64,000 nt of DNA from Betaproteobacteria bacterium. Lineage in GTDB: Bacteria; Pseudomonadota; Gammaproteobacteria; Burkholderiales; Ga0077523. The translations under genes were made by a program, and so were the position numbers. The notes under the pieces were generated by a model. It made no database searches. It saw nothing but the letters and a program-made list of their open reading frames with translations, and was not told where the DNA came from. Location of the stretch: contig JANXYG010000052.1 in assembly GCA_025350245.1 (NCBI GenBank), forward strand, positions 12,265 to 76,264, in the 5' to 3' direction. Each line of letters opens with the position of its first letter. The stretch's first letter is position 1. Below, piece by piece: positions 47,064 through 55,401 of the stretch.

Positions 47064-47549
47064 CTACCCTGTCGCCTCGGGCGCTAGGCGTCTGACATCA
47101 TGCCCGAGCCGGATCGCGGCTTCCCGGCCGCGGTAGTAGCCTGGCATCAGGAACAGCTCGTGGTAGCCCAGGGCCGCATAGAAGCGCCGCGCGGCGGTGT
47201 TCGAGGCGCGCGCCTCCAGATAGACCGTGCCGATACCGGCGGTGCGGGCGCTGTCTTCGAGCCAGGTAACCAGCGCGCGCCCAAGGCCCCGGCCATGCCA
47301 GGCGGGGTCGATCGCCAGCAGTGAAAGATGCGCGTGCTCATCGTGGAACTCCATGATGGCGAAGCCGGCACGGGCATCGCCCGCCTCGGCGACGATGGTG
47401 CAGGTGGCGAGGTCGGCAATGGCGCGGGCAACCCGGTGTCCCGTCCAGCGCCAGCCCAGGCCCGACTCGATCAGGTCTCGCGACCAGCTGGCAATGCGGG
47501 GCGCGTCGTCGATGCTTGCCAAGCGGATGACGGGTGGTGGCATCACCAC
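47064..47549 (-). CDS. GNAT-family N-acetyltransferase
   Basis: 161 aa. Acetyl-CoA pocket HGRGLGRALV; ..ARRFYAALGY. The start is either GTG 47549 or ATG 47543. Confidence 0.8.
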   Translation of the reverse strand: MVMPPPVIRLASIDDAPRIASWSRDLIESGLGWRWTGHRVARAIADLATCTIVAEAGDARAGFAIMEFHDEHAHLSLLAIDPAWHGRGLGRALVTWLEDSARTAGIGTVYLEARASNTAARRFYAALGYHELFLMPGYYRGREAAIRLGHDVRRLAPEATG

Positions 47550-47550
47550 G

Positions 47551-47636
47551 GCGCCCGCCCGGCCGCCCCGAAGGGCGCCGGCCCCCCATCGGGGGGTAGC
47601 GACCGAAGGAAGCTTGGGGGGGAGGTCAACTCAGCG
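47551..47636 (-). repeat. Structured intergenic repeat, subfamily B (sense is minus)
   Basis: Sense read: (lysA stop) TGACGCTGAGTTGAC CTCCCCCCCAAGCTTCCTTCGGTCGCTACCCCCCGATGGGGGGCCGGCGCCCTTCGGGGCGGCC. Hairpins are CCCCCCGATGGGGGG and GCCCTTCGGGGC. Confidence 0.8.
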
Positions 47637-48884
47637 TCAGGCGGGGAGTCGGTGTTCCAGCGCGAACAGCCCGCGCGTCGATTCGCGTTCACGAACGAGG
47701 TGCAGGTCGGCACCGTCCACCATCACCTCCGCCGCCCGCCCGCGGCTGTTGTAGTTGGATGCCTGCGCCATGCCATAGGCGCCGGCCGAGAGCACCGCCA
47801 GCAGGTCACCTTCGGCCACTGCGAGCGTCCGGTCGCGGCCGAGAAAATCGCCACTCTCGCAGACCGGTCCGACGACATCGTAGGTGACCGCCTCGGCCCG
47901 ACCCGGCGTCACCGGCACGATCTCGTGATGGGCGTCGTAGAGAGCGGGCCGGATGAGATCGTTCATCGCGGCATCGACGATGGCGAAGTTCTTCGCGTCG
48001 CCGCGCTTGAGATACTCCACCCGCGTGAGCAGCAGGCCGGCGTTGCCCACCAGGTTGCGGCCCGGCTCGAAAATCAGCTTCTGCGGGCGCTCGTGCAGGC
48101 GCGCCAGCAAGGCGTCGATGTAGGCGCGAGGCGGCGGCGGTGTTTCGTCGCGGTAGCGGATGCCCAGACCGCCACCGACGTCGATGTGCTCGAGCGCGAT
48201 GCCGTCCCGCGCCAAAACATCCACCAGGCCGAGGACCCGGTCGAGCGCGTCCACGAACGGGGCGACGTCGGTGATCTGCGACCCGATGTGGCAGTCGATG
48301 CCGGTGACGCGGATGCCGGGGAGGGCTGCGGCCTCGCGATACAGAGCCGGCGCATCCTCGAAGGCAACGCCGAACTTGTTCTCGCGCAGGCCGGTGGAAA
48401 TGTAGGGGTGCGTGCCGGCGTCGACATCCGGATTGACGCGCAGGCTCACCGGCGCGGTGCGGCCGAGCGCTCTCGCCACCGCCGACAGCCGCCGCAGTTC
48501 GCCCGCCGATTCGACGTTGAAGCACAGGATGCCGGCGGCCAGCGCCTGGCGCATCTCGGCCTCGGTCTTGCCCACCCCGGAGAAGACCACTTTGCGGGGA
48601 TCGCCCCCGGCCGCGATCACCCGCTCCAGCTCGCCGCCCGACACGATGTCGAAGCCGCTGCCGAGACGCGCGAACAGATCGAGGATCGCGAGATTCGGGT
48701 TCGCCTTCATGGCATAGCACACGAGGTGCGAGCGATTGCCCAATGCGTGTTCGAAGGCCAGAAAGGCCGCGGTCAGTGCCGCGCGCGAATACACATAGCA
48801 CGGCGTGCCGAAGCGCGCGGCGATCTCGGTCAGCGGTACCTGTTCGACCCGCATCACGCCGCCGGGCTCGACGAGGTTGTTCAC
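47637..48884 (-). CDS. lysA: Diaminopimelate decarboxylase
   Basis: 415 aa. PLP-dependent fold-III decarboxylase (YAMKANPN with the PLP Lys; CESGDFL). GTG start, overlapping the upstream small-gene stop (GTGA). Confidence 0.9.
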   Translation of the reverse strand: MNNLVEPGGVMRVEQVPLTEIAARFGTPCYVYSRAALTAAFLAFEHALGNRSHLVCYAMKANPNLAILDLFARLGSGFDIVSGGELERVIAAGGDPRKVVFSGVGKTEAEMRQALAAGILCFNVESAGELRRLSAVARALGRTAPVSLRVNPDVDAGTHPYISTGLRENKFGVAFEDAPALYREAAALPGIRVTGIDCHIGSQITDVAPFVDALDRVLGLVDVLARDGIALEHIDVGGGLGIRYRDETPPPPRAYIDALLARLHERPQKLIFEPGRNLVGNAGLLLTRVEYLKRGDAKNFAIVDAAMNDLIRPALYDAHHEIVPVTPGRAEAVTYDVVGPVCESGDFLGRDRTLAVAEGDLLAVLSAGAYGMAQASNYNSRGRAAEVMVDGADLHLVRERESTRGLFALEHRLPA

Positions 48885-49012
48885 TGCTTCCGGTCCGGCG
48901 GTTTCGATGCCGCCGGGTCGTCCTTGGGCAGCACCAACGGGCCCTTGTTGCCGCAGGCACAGAGCAGCAGCGCTGCGATCACGGCGACCGCGAAGAACCG
49001 GGCGATTTTCAT
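48881..49012 (-). CDS. lptM: Small lipoprotein, LptM/YifL family (43 aa)
   Basis: Below the ORF-track size cut-off. Manual translation: MKIARFFAVAVIAALLLCACGNKGPLVLPKDDPAASKPPDRKQ*. It has a lipobox Cys followed by GxKGPLxLP, and sits in the conserved position just upstream of lysA. Confidence 0.65.
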   Translation of the reverse strand: MKIARFFAVAVIAALLLCACGNKGPLVLPKDDPAASKPPDRKQ

Positions 49013-49758
49013 AGCGACATGAAATGCCGGCTCATCGCCGACAATTCCGCGCGCGCCGCTTCGTAGTCGGGGTAGATGCGCCCGACGGCGCGCCAGAAGC
49101 AGCGCGAGTGATCGAGGTGCACCAGGTGCGCCAACTCGTGCGCGACGACGTAATCCACTAGGGGTGCCGGCGCCTGCATCAGTCGCCAGTTCAGGCGCAC
49201 CTCGCGCTTGATGTTGCAGCTACCCCAGCGGGTCGAGGCGTCGGTCAGGAACACCTTGGGCTTGTCGACGCCGAGCAAGTTGGCAAAGTGGTCGATGCGC
49301 TCCGGGAAATGATGCTCGGCGTGGCGGCGATACCACTTGACCACCGCGATGCGCACCGCCGCCTGGTCATCGGGTTGCGGCAGCCGCACTGACAGCACGC
49401 CGGTATCGGCATCGAGCTGCGTGAGCGTGATGTGGGCATCGTGCTCCACCGCCAGCGACAGGGGGCGCCCCAGGTAGTCGAGGGCGTCGCCCGCCGACCA
49501 TGAGCGGGGCCGGCTCGGCGAACGGCTCGACCAGTCGTCGAGCTGGTGGAGTATCCAGTGGGCGGCGTCATGGATGGCCTGTTCGACGGCCTGGTCCGGC
49601 GCGCGCCACGGGGCATGCACCGAAAGCCCATGGTCGTCGACCAGAAACGCGATGCGCCGACGGCGCTGGCTACGCTTGAGCAGGAACGGCACCTGGCGTC
49701 CGCGCAGGGCGACACTGCGCGGCTGCTCGACTGACACCACCGGAAACAGGTCGTCCAT
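49009..49758 (-). CDS. YgjP-like (DUF45 / M48-type) HExxH metal-dependent hydrolase
   Basis: 249 aa from the internal Met (MDDLFPVV) of ORF 49009..49914. WGSC.. and VVAHELAHLVHLDHS motifs. ATGA overlaps at both ends. Confidence 0.75.
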   Translation of the reverse strand: MDDLFPVVSVEQPRSVALRGRQVPFLLKRSQRRRRIAFLVDDHGLSVHAPWRAPDQAVEQAIHDAAHWILHQLDDWSSRSPSRPRSWSAGDALDYLGRPLSLAVEHDAHITLTQLDADTGVLSVRLPQPDDQAAVRIAVVKWYRRHAEHHFPERIDHFANLLGVDKPKVFLTDASTRWGSCNIKREVRLNWRLMQAPAPLVDYVVAHELAHLVHLDHSRCFWRAVGRIYPDYEAARAELSAMSRHFMSL

Positions 49759-50471
49759 CAGATCCGGGCCGATCCGAGCCGTTCGACTTCTGCCTCGATC
49801 CATGCTTCGACCTGGCGATTGAGCGCATCGGGTTTGAGGCCGGCGGGGTCGATGACGGGGCCGATGCTCAGGGTCACCATGCCGGGGTATTTCAGGAATG
49901 CGTGCTTGGGCCACACCGTGCCGGCATTATGGGCCACCGGCACGACCGGCGCACCGGTGTGCGTGGCGAGCCATGCGCCGCCGATCTGGTAGGGGCGCCG
50001 CTCGCCCGGTGCGACCCGCGTGCCTTCCGGGAACACCACGATCCAGAAGCCGGCCCGCAACCGGGCCGCGCCCTGCTGCTGCAACTGCTGCAACGCGCGG
50101 CGCCCCGCGCTGCGGTCGATCGCGATCGGACTCATCATCGCCAGCCCCCAGCCGAAGAAAGGCACCCGCAGGAGTTCACGCTTGAGTACCCAGACCTGCG
50201 GCGGAAACACGCTCTGTAGCGCCAGTGTCTCCCAGGCCGACTGATGCTTCGACAGCACGATGCCGGCGCGATCGGGAATGCGCTCCGCACCGATGACTCG
50301 CCAATGCACGCCGCACACGTGCTGTGCCAGCCACAGCACCGCGCGCGACCACTGGGTGATGACCCGGTAGCGGGTGAAGGGGTGGAACGGAAACGTCAGC
50401 AGCGCCGCGATCGAGAACACTACCGTGAGCGCGCTCTGCGCCACCATGAATACCAGCGAACGGATGAACAT
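49758..50471 (-). CDS. plsC: 1-acyl-sn-glycerol-3-phosphate acyltransferase
   Basis: 237 aa from the internal Met (MFIRSLVFMVAQ) of ORF 49758..51071. Motifs KHQSAWET and FPEGTR. Confidence 0.85.
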   Translation of the reverse strand: MFIRSLVFMVAQSALTVVFSIAALLTFPFHPFTRYRVITQWSRAVLWLAQHVCGVHWRVIGAERIPDRAGIVLSKHQSAWETLALQSVFPPQVWVLKRELLRVPFFGWGLAMMSPIAIDRSAGRRALQQLQQQGAARLRAGFWIVVFPEGTRVAPGERRPYQIGGAWLATHTGAPVVPVAHNAGTVWPKHAFLKYPGMVTLSIGPVIDPAGLKPDALNRQVEAWIEAEVERLGSARI

Positions 50472-50494
50472 CGTCGATCGGCTGGTCTGGCTGA

Positions 50495-51028
50495 TTACTG
50501 GACGATGTGGCGGACAGCTTCCGCGAGGTCGGCGAACACGCGCGTGCCCTCCGGGAATCCGCCGGCGGCCATGGTCTTCACGCCCTTGCCGGTGAGCACC
50601 AGCATGGGTTGCGCGCCACCGGTGTGCGCCGCCTGCAGGTCGCGCAACGAATCGCCGACGCCGGGCACCCCGGCAAGGCTGATGCCGAAGCGTTGCGCGA
50701 TCTCGAGGAACATGCCGGGTTGGGGCTTGCGGCACTCGCAGTTGTGATCCGCCGCGCAAGGGCAATAGAACACCGCATCGATGCGACCGCCCACCTGACC
50801 GAGCATGCGGAACATCTTGTCGTGGATGGCGTTGAGCATGGCCATGTCGAACAGTCCGCGCCCGATGCCGGACTGGTTGGTGGCGACCACCACATGGAGA
50901 CCGGTGTGGTTGAGACGGGCGATCGCTTCGAGACTGCCCGGGATCGGCTTCCACTCCTCGGGAGACTTGATGAAGTGGTCGCTGTCGACGTTGATCACGC
51001 CGTCGCGGTCGAGTATGACGAGCTTCAC
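50495..51028 (-). CDS. gmhB: D-glycero-beta-D-manno-heptose-1,7-bisphosphate 7-phosphatase
   Basis: 177 aa. HAD motif ILDRDGVIN; Zn-binding CPCAADHNCECRKP. GTGA overlap with the glyS stop. Confidence 0.85.
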   Translation of the reverse strand: MKLVILDRDGVINVDSDHFIKSPEEWKPIPGSLEAIARLNHTGLHVVVATNQSGIGRGLFDMAMLNAIHDKMFRMLGQVGGRIDAVFYCPCAADHNCECRKPQPGMFLEIAQRFGISLAGVPGVGDSLRDLQAAHTGGAQPMLVLTGKGVKTMAAGGFPEGTRVFADLAEAVRHIVQ

Positions 51029-53127
51029 GAGGCGCCTCCGGATGCCAACTTCGAGATGTCCGCCACGGCATTCATCAGCCGGTCGAGCCGGCTGAGCAGA
51101 CCCAGGCGATTCATGCGGATGCTGTGCTCGTCGGCCATGACCATGACCTGATCGAAGAAGGCGTCGACCGGCGCGCGCGCACCGGCCAGCAGCTTGAGCG
51201 CTTCGGTGTAGTCCTCGCCCCGCACCAGAGACGCGACCCTGGGTGCGAGTTGGTCGACGGTGGCGAGCAGCGCCTTTTCGGCGGGCTCCCGCATGAGCGC
51301 GAGGTCGGGGTCGGGCGCCTGGATGTCGGCCTTCTTGAGGATGTTGCGGATGCGCTTGTTGGCTGCGGCCAGGCTCTCGGCTTCGGGCAGTCGCGCGAAT
51401 GCGCGGACCGCCTCCAGACGCGGCAGAACCAGATCGATGCGCCCCGGCCGCTGGGTGACGACGGCGTCGACGGCGTCGACTTCGAAACCGCGCTCGCGCA
51501 GATAGCCGCGAAGCCGCTCGAGCATGAAGCCGTACAGCTCGAGTGCGACGCCCGGCGCCACGGTCTCATCCGAGAACTGGCCGCGCGCCAGATCGAGCAG
51601 GTGCGGCAGATCGAGGGGCAGCCGGCTCTCGGCGAGGATGCGCAGCACGCCGAGCGCGGCGCGCCGTAGCCCGAAGGGATCCTTGTCGCCGGTGGGAACC
51701 AGACCGACGCCATAGATGCCTGTCAAGATGTCGAGCTTGTCGGCGAGCGCCACGGCCGCGGCGATATTGCCTGCGGGGAGGGTGTCGTTGGCGAAGCGCG
51801 GGCGATAGTGATCTTCGATGGCTCGTGCGACGGATTCGTCCTCGCCGTCGTGGCGTGCGTAATGCATGCCCATCGTGCCCTGGAGTTCGGGAAACTCGCC
51901 GACCATATCGGTGACCAGATCGGCCTTTGCAAGCCGACCCGCGCGCTCGGCCTTGCCGACATCCGCGCCCAGGAGCCCGGCGATGGCGCCGGCGAGTTTC
52001 GTGAGCCGCTCCACTCGCCGCAGTTGCGTGCCGAGCTTGTTGTGATAAACCACCGAGCCGAGCTTGTCGACGCGCGAAGCCAGCGTGTGCCGGCGATCCT
52101 GATCGAAGAAGAATCGTGCGTCCGCGAGGCGTGCCCGCAGCACCCGTTCATTGCCGCGCACGATGTTCACCGGGTCGTCGGTCTGGATGTTCGAGACGAT
52201 CAGGAACTGCGGCAGCAGCTGGCCGGCGGCATCGACCAGCGGGAAGTATTTCTGATGCTGCTTCATCGACAGGATCAGGCATTCCTGCGGCACCGCGAGA
52301 AATGCCGCGTCGAAACGGCCACCGTACACCACCGGAAACTCCACCAGGGCGGTCACCTCGTCGAGCAGCGCCCCGGCGTCGGCGAGCCGAGCCTGCCGGG
52401 TTTCTGCAGCAGCGTGCAACGCCGTCGCGATAGCGGCATGCCGCAGGGCGAACTCGCCCAGCACCCGTCCTTCATCGTGCAACTGGCGCTGGTAGGAATC
52501 GGCCGAGTCGATGCGAATCGGGCCCTTGCTCATGAACCGGTGGCCTTGCGTTTCGCGTCCGGCGGCGAGCCCGAGCGCAGTCACCGGCACGACATGGCTG
52601 CCGTGCAGGGCTACCAGCGCATGCACCGGCCGGACGAACTGCACGTCTTCGCCGGCCGGTGTCTGATAGCGCATCACCTTCGGAATCGGCAACTGCGCCA
52701 GCGCTTCGGTGAGCGCCTGCTGCAGGCCGTCCGCGAGGGCGATGCCGGCGGCGACGAAGCTGCGGTACAACGTGTCCTGCTTGCCGTCGGAAGCGCGTTC
52801 GAGTTGATCGAGCGTGACGTGCGCGGCGTTCATCGCGGCCAACTTCCTGGTCAGGGCCTGGGTCGGCAGGCCGTCGGTACCGATGGCGACCGAGACCGGC
52901 AGAACCTTGTCGCGTCGCGGCTGGTCGGGTGCCCGTGCGAGCACCGACTCGATGGTGACGCCCAGGTGCCGCGGCGTCGCCACGATCCGATGCGCCGCGT
53001 CGGGTGCGACCAGGCCGCGCTTTGCCAAGCCGTTGAGGATGCCGGCGGCGAATGCGTTGCCGATGGCATCGAGCGCTTTCGGCGGCAGCTCTTCGGTGAA
53101 CAGCTCAACCAACAAGGTGGCGTTCAT
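51025..53127 (-). CDS. glyS: Glycine-tRNA ligase beta subunit
   Basis: 700 aa from the internal Met (MNATLLVELFTEELPPKAL) of ORF 51025..53157. Confidence 0.95.
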   Translation of the reverse strand: MNATLLVELFTEELPPKALDAIGNAFAAGILNGLAKRGLVAPDAAHRIVATPRHLGVTIESVLARAPDQPRRDKVLPVSVAIGTDGLPTQALTRKLAAMNAAHVTLDQLERASDGKQDTLYRSFVAAGIALADGLQQALTEALAQLPIPKVMRYQTPAGEDVQFVRPVHALVALHGSHVVPVTALGLAAGRETQGHRFMSKGPIRIDSADSYQRQLHDEGRVLGEFALRHAAIATALHAAAETRQARLADAGALLDEVTALVEFPVVYGGRFDAAFLAVPQECLILSMKQHQKYFPLVDAAGQLLPQFLIVSNIQTDDPVNIVRGNERVLRARLADARFFFDQDRRHTLASRVDKLGSVVYHNKLGTQLRRVERLTKLAGAIAGLLGADVGKAERAGRLAKADLVTDMVGEFPELQGTMGMHYARHDGEDESVARAIEDHYRPRFANDTLPAGNIAAAVALADKLDILTGIYGVGLVPTGDKDPFGLRRAALGVLRILAESRLPLDLPHLLDLARGQFSDETVAPGVALELYGFMLERLRGYLRERGFEVDAVDAVVTQRPGRIDLVLPRLEAVRAFARLPEAESLAAANKRIRNILKKADIQAPDPDLALMREPAEKALLATVDQLAPRVASLVRGEDYTEALKLLAGARAPVDAFFDQVMVMADEHSIRMNRLGLLSRLDRLMNAVADISKLASGGAS

Positions 53128-53227
53128 GACAGTCCGGAGCGAAGGGGCAGCGCCCACAGGGCTCCCCGAGGACGCTGCGCCCCCTCGGGGGGAAGGCGAA
53201 GCGCAGCGCAGCCTGGGGGGGGCGTTC
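53128..53227 (-). repeat. Structured intergenic repeat, family A, filling the entire glyQ-glyS spacer (sense is minus)
   Basis: Sense read: TGAGAACGCCCCCCCCAGGCTGCGCTGCGCTTCGCCTTCCCCCCGAGGGGGCGCAGCGTCCTCGGGGAGCCCTGTGGGCGCTGCCCCTTCGCTCCGGACTGTC followed directly by ATG (glyS). Confidence 0.9.
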
Positions 53228-54112
53228 TCATGCTGCCCTCTGGTTCGCGGCGAGCATCGGAAAGCCCAGTCGCTCGCGCGACTGGTAGTAGGCCTGCGCC
53301 ACCGCCCGGGCGAGCGTGCGGATGCGCCCGATGTACCCGGCCCGCTCGGTCACGGAGATGGCTCCCCGTGCGTCGAGCATGTTGAAGGTGTGCGCGCTCT
53401 TGAGCACCATCTCGTAGGCGGGAAGTGCCAGTCCGACGCCGATCAGGCGCTTCGCCTCGCCCTCGAAGTCGTTGAACTGCCGCAACAGCCAGTCGGCATT
53501 CGAGTGCTCGAAGTTGTAGGCCGACTGCTCGACTTCGTTCTGGTGGAATACGTCGCGGTAGGTGATGCCCGGCGTCCACACCAGGTCGAACACGTTCTCG
53601 ACGCCCTGCAGATACATGCACAGGCGTTCGAGGCCGTAGGTGATCTCGCCCAGCACCGGCTTGCAGTCGATGCCGCCGACCTGCTGGAAATAGGTGAACT
53701 GTGTCACTTCCATGCCGTTGAGCCAGACCTCCCAGCCCAGCCCCCAGGCGCCGAGCGTGGGATTCTCCCAGTCGTCCTCGACCAGGCGGATGTCGTTGAT
53801 CGTCGGGTCGATGCCGATGGCTTCGAGCGAACCGAGATACAGGTCGAGGATGTCCTGCGGCGCGGGTTTCAGAACCACCTGGAACTGGTAGTAGTGCTGC
53901 AGCCGGTTCGGGTTGTCGCCGTAGCGACCGTCTTTCGGGCGGCGCGAGGGTTGCACGTAGGCCGCACGCCAGGGCTCCGGCCCCAGGGCGCGCAGGAACG
54001 TCGCGGTGTGCGAGGTTCCTGCGCCGACCTCCATGTCGTAGGGTTGCACCAGCGCACAGCCGCGCATGCCCCAATAGTTCTGGAGCGTGAGAATGAGGTC
54101 CTGGAAATGCAT
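53228..54112 (-). CDS. glyQ: Glycine-tRNA ligase alpha subunit
   Basis: 294 aa from the internal Met ([14 protein letters not shown]) of ORF 53228..54244. Confidence 0.95.
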   Translation of the reverse strand: MHFQDLILTLQNYWGMRGCALVQPYDMEVGAGTSHTATFLRALGPEPWRAAYVQPSRRPKDGRYGDNPNRLQHYYQFQVVLKPAPQDILDLYLGSLEAIGIDPTINDIRLVEDDWENPTLGAWGLGWEVWLNGMEVTQFTYFQQVGGIDCKPVLGEITYGLERLCMYLQGVENVFDLVWTPGITYRDVFHQNEVEQSAYNFEHSNADWLLRQFNDFEGEAKRLIGVGLALPAYEMVLKSAHTFNMLDARGAISVTERAGYIGRIRTLARAVAQAYYQSRERLGFPMLAANQRAA

Positions 54113-54277
54113 TCGCCGTGATTGGAGTTTTTGCCGCGACGCAGTGCCCGTGCCCGTGTCGCTCGAGCGGCGAGTGTAACTGCTGTCAGGACGCGGCGGG
54201 ATCAACGCCGGCAACCCCGGCGCGATTCGATGCCCCGACCGCACGGTGCCGCCGGGTTGTGCCGTTGGTCGGGGCCG

Positions 54278-55288
54278 CTACTTGCGAGCGCGCAGTTGCT
54301 CGATCTGCCCTTCGAGAATTTCGATCCGCCCCTGCAACTGGTTGAGCAGATTGTTGACGCGGCCGACGTTGAAGTACGAGACGCTCTCGGCCGGCGCGTC
54401 GATCTGATTGCCATAGCCGAGCCAGGACGAGTCGTATACCTTGACCTTGTCGAAACCGAGCGTCTGCAACACCGCCGCGGTGTTCGATGCCCTGACGCCG
54501 CTCTGGCAATAGACGATGGTCTCCTTGGTGCGATCGAGCTTCGCGTACAGTCTCAGGAGTTGTTCCTCGGACTTGAGATCGAAGCCGTCCTTGTTCGCGA
54601 CCAGCTTGCGTTGCAACTTGCGTGGGGTATCGGGGTCGGCCCAGTTGGCCTCGTACGGGATGTTGATCGCGCCGGGGATGTGGCCGCCGCGCAATGCCCG
54701 CACGTCGTCGCCGGCGAATTCCTTCGCCGTGCGGGCATCGACGATCTGCACGTCGGGCTGGTCGAGGCTGGCGATCATCTCCCGGGTGGACACCAGCGTG
54801 CCGGCGTTCGGTCGCAGAGCGAGGGCGATCGTCGGCAGGCGCGTGGGGTCGGTCGCGGTCGGTTTACCGGCGGCCTTCCAGTCGTCGATGCCGCCGTGAT
54901 AGACGCTGGCGCGATTGCCGCCCAACCACTGCATGGTGATGAGGCCGAAGTAAGGACTGGTGGCCGCCTTGGCGCCATAGAGCACGATCTCCCGCGCCGG
55001 ATCGATGCCGGCATCACCGAGCAACTGTTGTAGTTGCGCGACTGGCAGATAGTCTTCGGTCCTGGCGTCGCGTAGCTGGACCAGCACATCGTCGATGTTG
55101 ACCGCGCCCGGAATGTGACCCTGGCGATAGTCTTCCTCGGCGCGGACGTCCCAGATCAACGCGCCGCGAGCGCGGGCGGCCTCGACCTCATCGGTGCCCA
55201 CGATCGGGGCTGCAATGGCACTCGCCGCAGTCGCGAGCGCGGCGACGAGCAACAGACACAAGGACAAGGGCTTGGCGGGGTTGGTCAT
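54278..55288 (-). CDS. Periplasmic tandem-rhodanese sulfurtransferase with a C-terminal coiled coil
   Basis: 336 aa from the internal Met of ORF 54278..55681, with an AGGAGA RBS. Signal peptide, two rhodanese domains and active-site loop CQSGVRAS. Confidence 0.75.
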   Translation of the reverse strand: MTNPAKPLSLCLLLVAALATAASAIAAPIVGTDEVEAARARGALIWDVRAEEDYRQGHIPGAVNIDDVLVQLRDARTEDYLPVAQLQQLLGDAGIDPAREIVLYGAKAATSPYFGLITMQWLGGNRASVYHGGIDDWKAAGKPTATDPTRLPTIALALRPNAGTLVSTREMIASLDQPDVQIVDARTAKEFAGDDVRALRGGHIPGAINIPYEANWADPDTPRKLQRKLVANKDGFDLKSEEQLLRLYAKLDRTKETIVYCQSGVRASNTAAVLQTLGFDKVKVYDSSWLGYGNQIDAPAESVSYFNVGRVNNLLNQLQGRIEILEGQIEQLRARK

Positions 55289-55401
55289 CGGGGATCTCCT
55301 GGGGCGCGCCGTGAGGGCGACTTCGGTTATAACGCGGCGCATCCGGGGTCGCAACGCCGCCTGCGCGCCGCCCCCGACGGCAGTCGGGGAGAATCGGCGC
55401 C

